From: Balanoglossus misakiensis
Taxonomy: Eukaryota > Animalia > Hemichordata
DNA length: 64,000 bases
Direction of reading: 5' to 3'
Assembly: GCA_040954595.2 (NCBI GenBank)
Contig: CM082585.2
Span: 7,279,808-7,343,807 of the forward strand
Part shown: in pieces, positions 43,631-58,000 of the stretch
Layout of the letters: each line of letters starts with the position of its first letter
Numbering within the stretch: position 1 is the first letter of the stretch
The notes under the pieces: generated by a model
The model's database searches: none
What the model was told of the DNA's origin: nothing
The model's input: only the letters and a program-made list of their open reading frames with translations
Translations under genes and position numbers: made by a program

Positions 43631-46600
43631 TTTTTTCCACTGATACTGGCAATAGTTTTTAAGCTCCCATGCTATATTATATAATATGGCAGGAGTTATT
43701 CTATAGGCAAGAAAAAAACATGCAGTGGATTGTCTCTCAAGATTAAGCTTGGTGACCATATGATTCCATTCACTCAGTCACTGAATTTAATTTCTTTTGA
43801 CTGAGCTATGTGCAAAATTTCACAAAAACAACATTAGCGCAAGTGGGGTTTCTTAGCAATTCTCGGCGTAATCCTATGAGAAAAGGCAAACTTTACATTC
43901 TCATAATGGAAGTACATCTTTCATCCAGTCAAAATATGCATTGGTATTACCATCGAATCACGTTTGAACCCACAGCATACATTGGGATTGATGTCATTCG
44001 TGTGCGAGGCAGTCAGGGCGTTATCCCTAGCATAGGCAAGATATACACGTCATGCTTCATTGACACGATCGGCGTGGTGTTTGACATTGAATGCGAAATC
44101 CCGCGCATTATCCCCCGGACATCTGTCTTGCAAGTGGTGACAAGACTATCTAATGTCTCCTAGGGTCGTTTGTTTATAGGAGAGTTTCCAGTTCATTGCT
44201 GGCCCGGTTTTCTCGACCGCGTCCTTGTTCTTTTGTTGGATACTAACTGTAATTCAGACGTCAACGTTTACATTGGGATTGGAGAATGTTTGCAACCCGC
44301 ACTACTTCTGGGAGTGTGCCTTTGGAGTGAACAACCTCCTTTGAACTTTGCGTTATCCACTGTCTACTGGCTGTGTCTAAATTGTACAATCATGTGATAA
44401 TTTTCCATTGAAGATATACGCGACATCATAATTAATGGTGCAAAGAGAATGTTAGAAATGAGTGTAATTTTCTGTGGTTATCCTATATTCCAACGACAAC
44501 AAAATAACCTTCCCTGGTAAAATACTCCCTGGATGTGTGTGGTCAACATGTGTGTGTGGTTACAATCATGCGTGCACAAATTCAATCCCTGATTGGCTCA
44601 GAGAGTAGAGTGTCACGTGACCCTCACTGGCCAATTAGACCCGGTACTTAAAAGCAGCTTAAAATTGGTTTTTACTACGGTGTCAGGGCGATAGCTGATA
44701 TGGGCCGCCGACTGCGGGAAGGATGATAAACTTAGGGTTCATTTCATAGACTCAACCAATACTCATAAAACAGACTGAAGTAACATTTAATAAGAATCCA
44801 TCAACGGTAAAGCGATCTGCTTTAAGCCATAGTTCCTGCTTAGTGTCAATTCCTTGATTAGTCCAGCATTATCATGCAGGCCGGGGAGCTGTGGCAATAC
44901 TGGAAATTCGAAAAAAGCTTCCCATCGTCAGAGAGGAGAAAAATGGCATGCCCCATTCTGTATGCAAACGGTTCGCAGCAAGTCATGTCCTACATTTTTT
45001 ATGAGGTAATACTTTGATTGGTGACAGTTCTCCAGAAAATTCTCCCTGCAGTGATTCACTTTGATCTTATTAATCTCAGTCACAGGTCTCACGTAGCTGT
45101 TCAGTGGATACGTCAGAATCTTTGCCTTCTGTTTCATGTTTTAATTCACTACATTATTGCATTGTCTCTATTCTCACTTCTTTCGCAACCTGATGTTATT
45201 TTTTCATGATGTTAAGAAATTGCGTGATCCATTATTAATTGTAGGTGTTTAGGCGACTATGGTTGACAATTTCAATAGTTTATCTTCAGGTTGAAGTTTA
45301 TGAATGGTTGCCAAGGTTTCCTTTTTGCTTCTACGAAAGGTCACATGTTTTGTCATGCAGTCTGGTGCATTCTTTCAACGTTTAAAAAACAAACACCGTC
45401 TTCTGTATTGGTGTTTTCACTGCAGGCATGATTTACAGAGTTGCCATGGCAACCATTCTGCTGTCAATCAAATCCCCTCTTCCCAGTTGAGTTCTTAGTG
45501 ATATGCGGAACACATTTGACAGATCCACATCCTCACAAATGCGCTCAAATTTTGTTTGTTCTGCAAAGCGCCTTGTCTTTGCCCGGTAGCAACCGTGATG
45601 TCAGTTTTAATCATTCGTTTGAGTTTATTACTTCGAGTGTCAGGGTACCCTTTGTTTAATGATTGGCTGAAGAGTGTTTTGCACATTCCGCGAGAAGCCC
45701 TTGACAAGTAAGCGAAGGTCCGCGAGTCACAGGTCATTGCACTGTCTGCCGATTCAGGATCTTTTACCGAATTGATTCTGACAGAATTTGCTTCGCACGA
45801 GATTCTCATGTTACGGGGCTTTTTTTCCCCTCTCACGGAGGCCAGTGCCTTCGAGGCAAGAAATGTCTCTAGATCCTTTTAGTCAGTTTTGCGGCTGCCC
45901 CCCAAATTTTGAAATCACTTGCACTGTCATAGCTGACACCTCTGGCAAAATCCACCTGGTGACAAGCCAATAGATCTGTAGCTATAGCTCAACGTATCAT
46001 AGAGTGCAGATTTGGTGGATCTACGGATTAGTCTAAGTCATGGTACTAGCTAGCTTCCACTTGCTTGGAATGTGGTGTTGCCTTTATTCTGGTTCTTTGC
46101 GTTCCTCCTTGGCACACCTGAGCTGAGGCATAAACCAGTAGAGGCATCATGCCTTGTCAGACTTGAGCATGACACACACACACAGAAAATCAAGTTGATT
46201 TCTTGTGCATTCATGCAGTGCTGGCACAAGACAAGAAAATGTGAGGGGACCTCCCAGCTCTTTGAAGCGCAAGAGGTTTCTAAGAGTCAAATAATGCAAA
46301 CGGGTACCCCTCTCCAGAGGCAGTATTGGCGTTTTATCAGACACCACAATAGGTCCAGCTGAGCGTAGACGGTGATAGGCCATTGTAAAGTTCTCAACTC
46401 AAGTCCCCCAATTACATGCAACAGTACAAAAGCTTGTTAAGAGTGTCCCAATGCTCTAATTAGACCATTGACAACTCTCCCACCTACAGACTCCTCCTGC
46501 CAAATAGACGTTTGTGGTCATCAAAGATTAGATAAAGATAAAATTGCCTGTTTCTGCCAATTTCTACAATTCTCACTATAAAAGAAGCTAAAGGTCGGAC

Positions 46601-49600
46601 GATCTTCTACAGGTACATGCCCCAGTTCCACCGTTGTTACTCTGGAAGGTGTATTTAACAGTTGCCCCAACTGACTAACTTTGTTTTACCCCTGGGGTGA
46701 ATGCTACATTGGCCAATTATTTTAATGGGTTCGACTTCATTGAGTGAGGTAACCAGATTTTCAGGGTACTCCCAAGGTGATCGTTCAGGGTGATCTTCCA
46801 AGATTTGCATGCTTTGTGTAATTTGTAATACTTAAAAAAACAATTGCCTGCTTGGTTTGTTACTGGTGACCACCTCATTCAGTTTCTTGAAATTTGGTAT
46901 TTACGTATGTCCTCAAGATCTCTTTTTCTCGACAAATTTCAACAACTTGGTAGTCCAAAGGCGTGTCTGGGTCTTATTTAACAGCCCTTCTTTGTCGGTC
47001 GAAAAAGTCTTTGAAGACGTACAGATACTGTGATTCCCAACTATTCTGGGCCTGTGTTTTTTTTATTCCACTCCAGTGGTGACTGTGAAAGGGATAATGT
47101 TCTGCCTCTGTAGAAAAAGCAGGGGCGATAAAAGTTTCCCTTGAAGGGAAGCCAAATGACAGACGGAACAAAAAGAGTGGCCGGAAGAGACGACGCGACT
47201 GGAATTTTGTCACGTATCTGCGAGTAGTCACTCACCCTTCTCTCGGACGCCAATCTGGCCCGGTGATAAGCGCAATTCGCTAGCCGAATCCCGTGAGTCG
47301 CGCGGGCGTATCCGACGTACCACTGCCAGAGCTGTCAGCTTTTGAAAAGACAGCACTGAACGGTGGCAACAGTTGGCAAACAGAAGGGTGAGATAATTAT
47401 TTGTCGAACTGTCGCGTGTTTTTTTAGGCTACTGTGGCCGTGCACTTTTTAGTGTACTCTACGCTGAAGCATGCAGTGCTCAAACAAAAAGCTGTCAATG
47501 CATTGGAAACAAGCCGGCAAAACAGTCTTAAGTAGTGGAACATGTTTTCTTGCATAAAATGTGTATCCGTCCATCCTTAACCTCCCCCCTTCAAGCTGCA
47601 TAGGCGAACATGTTGCGAATCATAAGACGTTATCTAAAGTTCTATCGAATGTTCAATATAGACACAGGTTTCTTGGTTATTATATGATTTTGTGAGTTTC
47701 CACATATGTAAAACCATACATTACATTTTTCCCCTCGTATATCAGGAGTCCGTAATAAACTGTGCATTCATTTCAATTTCTTTTAAAACACCTTATGTTG
47801 GTTCAAGGAATTCAGGTGCATTTTTACCGTCTGTGGCCATGGAGAGTTTATTTCTCCAGGGCTAACCTTGCGAGTTTCGGAATTTTATTGACAATTTACA
47901 AAAGGTCTACCTGTGACTGTAATCATACATGTAGTTTATAGGCGGGGGAAAAGGAATGTGTTCTACACACAGTCTGGTTTAATTGTGGCCCTCAGCTATA
48001 ATTTATAGCAGACTCGGTCTCATTGTACTCATACCAATGGAGTTGGAAGGCCTTTGTACGTGTGAGCAGTGTGTATAAGAAAACCCCTTTCTCATTGTGT
48101 GTGACAGTTTTAACAAGGAATACACTTGTCCAGATTTCTACTTTTACTGGAACTTTTATTATCAGCGAAACCACTTCCAACCTGATGCCATGTCGGGATT
48201 TTTGTATGATGAAAGTTAAAAGAAAGCTTTCTGAGAAAAAAGGGAGAAAATGTCATAGGTTCGCGTGTTACTATTTCTGGAAGTGAAGGACAGGCAGAAC
48301 TGGAAATACATGGGAAAAGTACAATGCAAACTCTGGCATGTTTTTATCACAGCAGAGCTTAGCCATTGTTTAAATGTACTGGGATCTTCCCACACGGTTT
48401 CTCAATGACATTGGAAGCAATGTCACGACTGCAGAGCTTAGGAAATCAAAATGGAGATACCTGGGGTCATTCCGGGAAATGCCCAGTTGGATTTGTGAGG
48501 AGATTCTCCTGGAAATGGTGTCGTGCTATTTGCGATAGAGCTGCAGTAAGAATTGCTTCTCGGTATTTCTACTCAGTTGTCGATAGATGATGAACGCCTG
48601 CAGTGCTCCGGTAAGACCGGGATGTGTTTTTCGCAAAAATCTGTAGAGCTGTTTGCACAGATGTTGTTGGCAGTCCTCGGGAGAAAAAGGTTGGCTCGCC
48701 TTGTTCTGAACTCCGCCTGAAAAGTGGAGCAAACTGCTAATTTGCGACAGTATCATAGCTAATGACTAATTTGTGACAACATCGCATTGTTGTTTTTTCC
48801 GAGGTGTCCCGCCGAGCGACGCAGTGAGACCGGTGCAATGCATCCTTAATAATAAACTGCTGGTAGGGAATTTTTCCCCATAATTGATGCTGTGGAGATG
48901 CTGATTGGGAATGACAGTCGGGGAAAGTACAGTTTAAATCAGAATCAGACCGGTGGAAGTTACTGGGTGTGGATTAAAAGTCAGTGTGTGGTGGAGACGG
49001 GAATCACACACATGTGGAAACTGACTCTGTCGTAGAAAAACAGGCAAAAGTTCATCAGGAGTCAGGAACTTGGCCGCATGTTGTTGCTAATAAGCAGACG
49101 GTGCGATGTTTGGTTATTTTTCTACGGAAAGCCCATTTTTTGTGGCCTTACACAGCAATCCTGTTCTCTCTCTCGTGCCCACGGCATTGACTACCATGTG
49201 AACAGATCAACCAAAGCACAAGGTCTTCTAAGCTTGTCCAAACAAACTATAAAAAAAGATTGCCCATGGTCTGGGACGCTATTAAAACAGCTTATTCAGG
49301 GTTATCAGGGAAATACAGATCAAAATAGAACCACCCTATCACAACAAATCAACACCAGAAAGGGGCAGGGTGTAAATCTCAACCACAAGTGCTAATTCAA
49401 GTTAATCTGGAGTCTGGCCTAATGAGATTAAAGCAGTATATACACGAGCTCATCAGAACTCCAGTCAGGATTTGATTAGTAGGATTCCACTCTTTACAAA
49501 AATACACCTCCTGTAATGAGTGTTTTTCTTGAAACTGTACCCAGGTTGTATTTTTGTCCTCCGAACTTTCAATATGAAAGTTGTTATAAATTTAAATTGA

Positions 49601-52600
49601 AGTTTGATATGCGCAGACTGGATTAAAAGTACATGTACCTTGACTTTGTACTTTGGTGAAGAAAGTTATTTCTGGACCAATCACAAAGAGACAAAGAACC
49701 TTCATGGTTTTTTGTATGAAAGTGAATTGTTGACAGCATTTTCGTACAAAGAGTAGACTATATAAATGAACGCATCTCAAAGAGGATGAAAACTTAGGGG
49801 AAAGGGGTGGGGGAGCCCCCATGGGGAGGGAGGGCCTAGGGGGGGGGGGGCGAAGGGAGGAATGAACTAGTTTTCCACCCCTGCTTCTAATCTTTAGTAA
49901 AATTGTCAATTCTGATGCGAACTCTGTCTACTGCAGAAGGACATGCAGCTTGTCAGGTTTGGCCATTAACTGGGTTACTTTCATGCTCCTCACATAAAAA
50001 GAAAATGCGCTCAGTGTTTGGTGTATTGACTGGAATCAGCGTGTCTGATGTTCGCCCAGCAGCTGAACTTATTGACATTCTGTTACTAGACGGACTCGCT
50101 TATTCATTGCCGGGACTTCGCCTCAGACTGAGCTTGATCACTTCGCGACAGCTAGAACTGACTAGTAAACTTACTTGTACTAGAAAAAGAGCCACTCACT
50201 TTCTTGTGTATCGTGTGGTCTGCGATGAGAACAACTTACTCTGGGATGAAAAGACCTCCAGTAGGACTAAAGAAAAATCCCAGCTTCCTTCTGATTCATC
50301 GCAGGGATGAAAAGCACAACTCCCAAGGGACGGCCGAGAACTCTGGCACAGAGACTCGAGAACACACACCAGTGCATGTGCGACAAACACACCTCATCTG
50401 TGTTGATTCTGTATTCACGTTGTGTAACCCCCCAACGCATATCCGACAAGAGCCAAAGTAAATATTGTGATGCCGTAAGTGTACTGACCGAAAACCATGA
50501 GGTTCACCCCCCAGGGGATGGGTATATTGTTAGACTGATAAAAAAAAATAATTCACTTTTCACGCGAGTGTGTATTGCTTGCACTGGGTACTTTTCTGTG
50601 GTGATACGCGGTAGCGTGTTTGTGAAAATCAGGTGATTCTTCATTACGAATCAATCAAAATCTGCCCAGATGGAAAGAAGTACAACTTCGGGGTCACATG
50701 GCTGTCAAAAACCATCGGAAACGTTGGGAGAGTCACGTATTTCCGTGTTTCACTGTCAGAAACCGAGAGAAACGAGAAACCTGGGAGAACGGTAGAGATT
50801 CAATAACCGACGTATTACCTTGAGTGGCTGGGATAGGTTGCATTCAAACCAATCACTTGTCAACTTACAACCATTACCACATATTTGCGCGGGGCTTGAT
50901 TCTATTAAGATCCAATTGTGCCAGCGCAGTCAGGTGCCCCCCACCAGTGGACGGATCTATTAACTTTTTCCATCGCAGTACAGATCGAGGTTATCTAGGT
51001 CACCTTGACCATGCGTACACCCAAAAATCCCCCCCCCCCGTACCGTAAAAAAAGAGAAAAAAATTGTCATCTATTTCATCCAATTGATTTCACGCCATTG
51101 TTTTTTCTCATCAAAGTTAACAGATTCGTATACTGAAAACTTGTATCATATTGACTGAAAAACAAATCAATAATACAATTTTTGAAAAATATTTTCTTGC
51201 AAATGTCATGGTGGTCTATAGATCTGAGTATTCAATACCACGTCTTCAATGTTATGGCTAACAGCTTAATGTTAACTCTTAGGCTATAAAAACGGCCTAT
51301 CAATTTTACATGCTGTTATTCTCTCTTGCCATTTCTAAATTCTAATTTTAGGCGGTATTGACTACAAGCTCAGTGATCTTGTAGTTCGCTATTAAGGTTT
51401 CCCCTGATATTACAACTCACAAAATCAATGGTGTTAGGATTGGAGTGGATTGGGATAATATCATAGTGGCTGTATCGGAAATGAATGGATTTTTCGGTGT
51501 CCGATTTGTCCGGCGCTTGTAAAATTTATCGCGAGTGCTGGAATATTTTGCAAGAATTTTGACGAGATATTGAACCTTTTATGGTTTCCTTTTAATTATG
51601 CGATTCTATGCTTGTAACTCTGAGCTGGTACAGATGCTGTGACCCTTCAGGATTATCCAGGCTTTCAGTGACTTCCTTTCACTAAAAAAAAATAACTCCA
51701 TACGCATTCTGAATCATAGAATTTGAAATGGATGCAATACAAACTCTTGCACTAAATACATGTGAGGTTCGAAGAGAAATTTTTGGACAAAAACTGGACT
51801 GGAATATCAGCGATCCGAAATCTACTGTCAGATACTATATATTCCAGTATGGTATCTGAGCCACAGAACTAACGTTCTGTACAGACCAACTTCCGTAGTG
51901 ATGGTGACAAAAAATATGACTGTCCAAATATTGAAAGAAAGAGAAGGAAGAAAGTGAATTACCTGTCGATGGGACTTAGAATGGCCGTGTGAGATGAACT
52001 ATAGCCTACGATATCTGTTATCCTGTTCTATCAATGCCAAGAGAGATTAGGCCAGCCTGGCTATTTTCCTTTAATTTCTGATTTGTTTTTACATTCCCGG
52101 CAGTTGTCGTCTTTCGCGGGGATATTGTGAGTGGGCGTGTAGGTGATGTATGAGACGCTCTCCCATTGGACGGCTCCAACAGGGGGAGACCCACAGGGAG
52201 TTGAGCGTCGGCGAATCGTGAATGAAGTTACGTCTTTGTGTGGGAGGTGACTGCCTAGACGTAGATAGGTCTGTCGGAGATCATTGATGTGGGGCTGAAA
52301 CCTTGTTGGGAGTATGTGCAGTGGGGGCGTGTTTGCCGTCTGGTGATTGATGGAGATCAGGTCTCTATGCCTACACTTTTTTTTATTGACATCAGCGTTT
52401 CCAAGGACTACGGCAAGGACAGGAGGCAGCGTTATCTCTGCCTGTTTACGGCATTCTTGCGAAACTGCATTGTTTGTTGTTGAAAGGTTGTGATAGTGGG
52501 TTTCCTCGTTTTTTTCCCCCAGTGCCATGATTTCTGTTGATTCTACCCGACCAATCCCAGACAATGTCTTGTTAGTTTCAGTCAGTGACTTTATATACTG

Positions 52601-54971
52601 CTATTGAAGAACCCTGCATTGATACCTGTAAAGATGTGTTTTTTCAGGAGAAAAATAACTTGATTCGTATTTTCAACAGTAACAAACACCCCCAATTGGC
52701 AGCAAAACACCCAGATAAACATTGTTAGGTCATTAGCTGTTAGTTCATTTCACTTATGTCATCCTTTCTGGGTTAAGGATAATTTTCACCTTTTCTACTC
52801 AATTTGAAGTATACCGGTCTAACTGTATTATAGGGTGATGGGAGGGGGAGGGGGGGGGGGTTAGACTATACACTTCAATGTTTAAAGTGACAGACCTGCT
52901 GTCAAGTCAAGCTTTTTATGATCAAGGAAAACATTTCCGAAGGTGTCCCATGTGCACGGTTTGGGAAAACACCACCGAGAGAATAACATCCAGAAAGCGT
53001 GTATGTGTACATATCGCTCAAACATGATACACTCATTAGCGGGGGTTAGTGGCGGTTGCCGTGGGAGGCTGGGGTGTTGCATGTGTGTTCGTGCATGCGT
53101 AAACTCTCCGTGTCCTCTGGAAGCTCAAATCTGGCTGGCAGATGTGTGGAAACCCCTTGTAGCTAGACCAGGTCTGTTTCGACAAATCCCCAGTTACTCT
53201 TTAAGAGATAGGGAGATGAAGTCGAAGACGAAAAGACAGCAAATCTCCAGGTGATCGTTCGAAATTTACTAGTGGGTGATGACAAAGACACAGGACTTTA
53301 CCAACATGCATTGATGTCTGCCAATGACCGACAACACATTATTTTGAATGATGTGTTTCATGAATATTGCCCGGCTTATTTCCTCTACACGAGACGTGAA
53401 TTCGCAAATAGAACCGGAACAAAAAAGTGTGCCATTGCTGGCCTCGGAATCGCACCCGGGAGGGCTGTAAATTAAAAAATAGATGTAAGCCTTAAATACC
53501 TACAGTAGTCAGTGGTCTGTATGGATGTTCTTGATAGCGAAAAAAAAGGGCAGTGGGGTCTTAGTGTGCTTCCCGCGTTCAATGTTGAGGTAAGCTAAGG
53601 ACACAGCCGTTGATTGATGGGCTGGTGAGCTTGACTAAATATCTGTTCGAACCATTGATTCTGTCTTTAAAATGCAATCACAATGCGATGTGGCATTTGA
53701 GGTCAGGACCCCGGCGTGTCAGCTGAAGTTGAAGCGAGCAGGCTTTTTAAATTTAAGTTCAATCATAGTCACATTTCCAGTTGTCTCAAACCCCTGGAGT
53801 CGAGGGATGCATTCACAGGTTACATATATTAGGCGCCAATTTCAAGTTCAGTGAACTCGCATCATTTTCGCATGTCGAGTTCTGTCGGAGTGACTCCCCA
53901 GACGTTTTCAAGTTCAACTCTCCACTAAATATCGACCCCAGGCTAGTGTGTAGTGTCAGTTTCTCGACGAGGTGTAGCTCACAGTGTATTCGTGATATCC
54001 CTGTTCATTGCCTTCCTTGTTTTTATATCACCACCAACCATGTAGGGGATTATCATACTCAACAGTGATAGAATAGCTGGAGCAAGAGACAACGATTACC
54101 AACCATGACAATTTCACCTCTGCAATATAAACTAAAAATGATACGTAGTTGTCTATTAATGTGCGTTATTTTTTGGGGTTGACTAGAACTTAGAAGTAGG
54201 TTATCCCCATAGGCTTATCATGAACAGAAGTTCCCCACTTTTATATTCTTGAGCTTCGCACTGTGATAAACTGGGGAATCAGGAATCCCTGATAGTGATG
54301 GATGTGTAAATTACATCTCATTCTAGTGTCACTTACTTTACAACGAGCCTCGGAAGAAAGCAAAAAAGAGGCCTAAAGTAACTGTTATACAGTGATTGAC
54401 TGAAGAGTGGGAAATTACTGTGAGAATTACTTGGGATGGAATTCCTAGATGATGCGGTGCGTAGCTGAGGTAACGCTGATTGGCGTGTTGCGGTGAGAGA
54501 GGGCTGGAAACGCTGTGTGTGCGTTAATGGCCGGCAGTGAACTCAATTTACCAGGATTTACTCTGACTGTGTGTTTGCTGGCCATCACGGGTAGCAGCAG
54601 TTGAAACTGTAGTGACTTCCCTCAATAATGTGTCCTTTTCTGATGTTTTGTTGCGTTCAAAGTTCATGCTGTGTTTCCACTTGTGGACTGTCTGAGTACT
54701 TTTCATTTGTATGGACTTTCATGTTATTTTTAACTGAAGCTAAGTGGGTATCGAGCTCTTTTAATTGGATTTTTTTTGGCATTTGCCTCACACCTCATCC
54801 GTGGATGGTTGATTCAGAGCTATGTTCGTGCCATACTCAACATTGTATGAAAAGCAGCCAGGCCTCCAATTATTACAGCAAACCAAGTCTGTACAGGGCA
54901 GTTATTATGTCCATGTGTGTGCATCCACGTTGGACTAAACCACATTGTACTGCACAATACAGTGCAACTTG

Positions 54972-55030
54972 ACAGTATAGTACAGTACAGTACAGTATAC
55001 TACAGTACAGTACAGTATACTACACTACAC
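54972..55030. repeat. (TACAG)n degenerate pentanucleotide repeat
   Basis: About 11 units of TACAG / TATAC / TACAC. Confidence 0.9.
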
Positions 55031-58000
55031 TTGTACTAGTCACCCCTTTCACAGATTGATTTTGGTTCAGCCCATGCTTTTCAATGGTACAGTTGGAACC
55101 ATACACAGTTAGATTGGGGTGACAAGGGTTGAAACGTATTGTCATCATGCAGGGATTACTGGTACTTTCTGGACTTTCTGGAAAATTCAAGCCACATAAT
55201 CTCTTGTTACAGAAGTGGTACCAGGGGGGTCTATATAGATTACGCCCGGTGCTCTGTAAACCGAGCGAAAAAGTTCAAACAGGAGTGGTCACGCATGACT
55301 GGCAATGATTGCAAATTACAATTCTGTTTGTTTTGTGGAAGGGCGGCAAAAAACCATGACTGGAACACAAAATTTATGGTTGGCGTGGAAGAATAACAAC
55401 ACTCCAGAACTGATAAGGTGACGTTCTGATGTCACGTACCCTCCATTACAAGCGGACCTTGTCAGGGTTTATGTTTGAGTCTATTTCAAAAGGGAAAAAA
55501 AAATACTTAATCAACAGAATTGATTGATTTCACTATTTGAAGAACTGAGAAATGCCAAAATTCAAAATCTGTGGATGTCGGGGAGGCAGAAATGAAGCTT
55601 GTACTATGGACCCCTCTAAAGTTGCTTTCCACTCACTACACGTGCATTGAAATGGTGAATTCATGTCAGGGTGTATAGAGAGTCACTCAGGGTTGGGTTA
55701 ATATTTATTTTCTCATCTTCCCTTCTAGCACAGGAATTCCCCCATAAAAAATATGTAGCTGTCATATTTCTATATCTGCACCTGTTGTGCTGTATTCCGC
55801 TACTTTGAAAGCCGGTCATCCATTCCGATGGGTATTTGTGCCGGGATTTACGTCAGCGCCAGTGGAAATCCGTAATGAATGCTGGGATTCACATCAACGC
55901 CGGCAGAAATCTGTGATGAATGGCCGCAAATTAAATTGTTAATATGCACCTGGGAAGTCTACCGGGCATTTGAGCTGCTACGTTTGTGTCATAAAACGGA
56001 GGAAATAATTGCAAAACCTAATGAACTCGCCATATTTCAATGACCACAATTAGGACTAACACGTGCTGTGAACAAGTCATCTCGCAACCGACGCACAGTT
56101 TCAAAGTTCAACACTCATAATTGATGTTAAAACTCTTGTTTAATTTGAATATTGACAGCTTAAGAAACGATATAAAGCGCTTCTGGTTGGTAGACTCTTT
56201 GGCGCTCTGATTTTATTTCCTTATCTACCTGCACTGCGACAGGCGACCCACAAACACACCCCTACGCACTTAACCCAGATGTCTTAAAAATAAACCCCAA
56301 GCAGTCACCACGTTACGTGACGTCTGCAGCATACACCAGCCCGACTTCTGATCAATGCCGAATCTTACGCAACAATCGACTGCCGTAGTGGCATCGGAAA
56401 CACAACAGCTGAGTATCGCAGAGTGTACCTTTGTGCCTCTGCTGGTGGTCTAACTCTAAGCCCTGCCTCTTCAGAGTAATCTATCAAACTTGAGACTCGA
56501 CAAGGGGGTTATAACAGCATCACGGATTGATTTTTGAGGACCGCCAATTACACGCAAAGAGCCTTGGCTGTCCACTTTTCCGCAACCTGTAATTTACTAC
56601 TCGCTGTTGAGAAATCATCATTACACATCTATCAGCTCTAATCTGTATTTCTTGCACAGTGTATTGTTGAAATGTCAGCAGATTGAAACTTGGCTGTTCT
56701 TTATGATGGGTATCATGGTCACGAGCGAGCTGGGGAGTTCTTCTTGTCTGTGATAGGGCAAGTGCCGACGTAGACCCACATTAATTACACAAATGGACCC
56801 AGAGCTTGAAAATTAGTTGATGGAAACAGATGTGACGATCCGGGATGATGTTGTCAATGTCATTGAAGAGAAAGTGGCCTTGTACGAGATGAAAGTAATG
56901 GCCTGGCCTGATTGTTTTCCAAAGTGGTAGGGTCCAAAGTGGGCTGTTAGACTGTGTATACTATTAGTGTGATTTCCTGAATGAGAAACGACAAAGACTG
57001 TGCTGTGATTCAGTGAATTAGAGCTCGATAAACTGTGTCATAAGATCGTGTGTGTGACTGACTGAGTGAATGACTGAGTGACACATATAGAGATCCACAC
57101 AAACATATAGAGGTGAGGATATTTTGAGTTGAGGGCATTTTAACTTACAGAGATGGGGACGGGAATGTTGAGAAAGAAGGAGACAGACAGATGGACACAG
57201 AGAGTGACAGATAGGGAGAGGAAGATGACTGATCTGAATAATGCCCTTGACAAAACACGATGCATTCGCGTGGCGCCACTCAAATCACTCGCAAAAAGGA
57301 GCTAATGACATCTTGTCAGCTGAGTCCGAAATGAAGTGACAGAACCGTGTTTTCACGCCCGGCCTGAGAGTTAGGAGGATCAGGAAGACGTCACTGGTCT
57401 CCAGATGTAGCTCATTAATAGGAATAGCCCGGGATTATCTTGATAGATTATCAAAGTGAATGGCTCAAATGATGCATTTCATTTGGGGATGAGTCAAGGT
57501 AGACCAAGGGGTTATGATGACACACTTTTCCAATTAAAGCATGTGACAGAAATCATTCCAAAAACAGGGAGAAGTGTTCATTTTCAGAAGAAAAAAATGA
57601 AATTGTATTGCTGTGCTCTTTGCATCTCCTGGATGCTAACAATTGCATTGTCAACGTTGCAATTTAATGAAGATCATCTTTGAATCCCTGATTCTGAAAG
57701 CTGAATATGTTTCCATGGTAATGTGCTGATATTGCGTGCAGTCTGTAAGGTTTTGGGGGTGCATTCTTGCGGAATTAGCTGTGAAAGCTTCCACTGCTTT
57801 GACTGTTGAGCTTTGTGAATTGCCACACACCTGTCAGAGTTATGGGTTTGTTCGTAGAAAAGGTTGTCTACCAAATTACTTTGAATGCCATGCTGACTTC
57901 TTTTTTCTGGTGTACGGTTCGACCCAGGCTTTTGAAAACTAGTGGAAATGTTAGACGTCACTCCCGTCACGAGAAAAGAAAAGTCTCTCGGGTTTTAGTG

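Noticed and set aside
46720-57930. GGTTCGA B-box-like words near 46728 and 57916 as tRNA or SINE
   Set aside because: No A-box at the right spacing and no cloverleaf structure.
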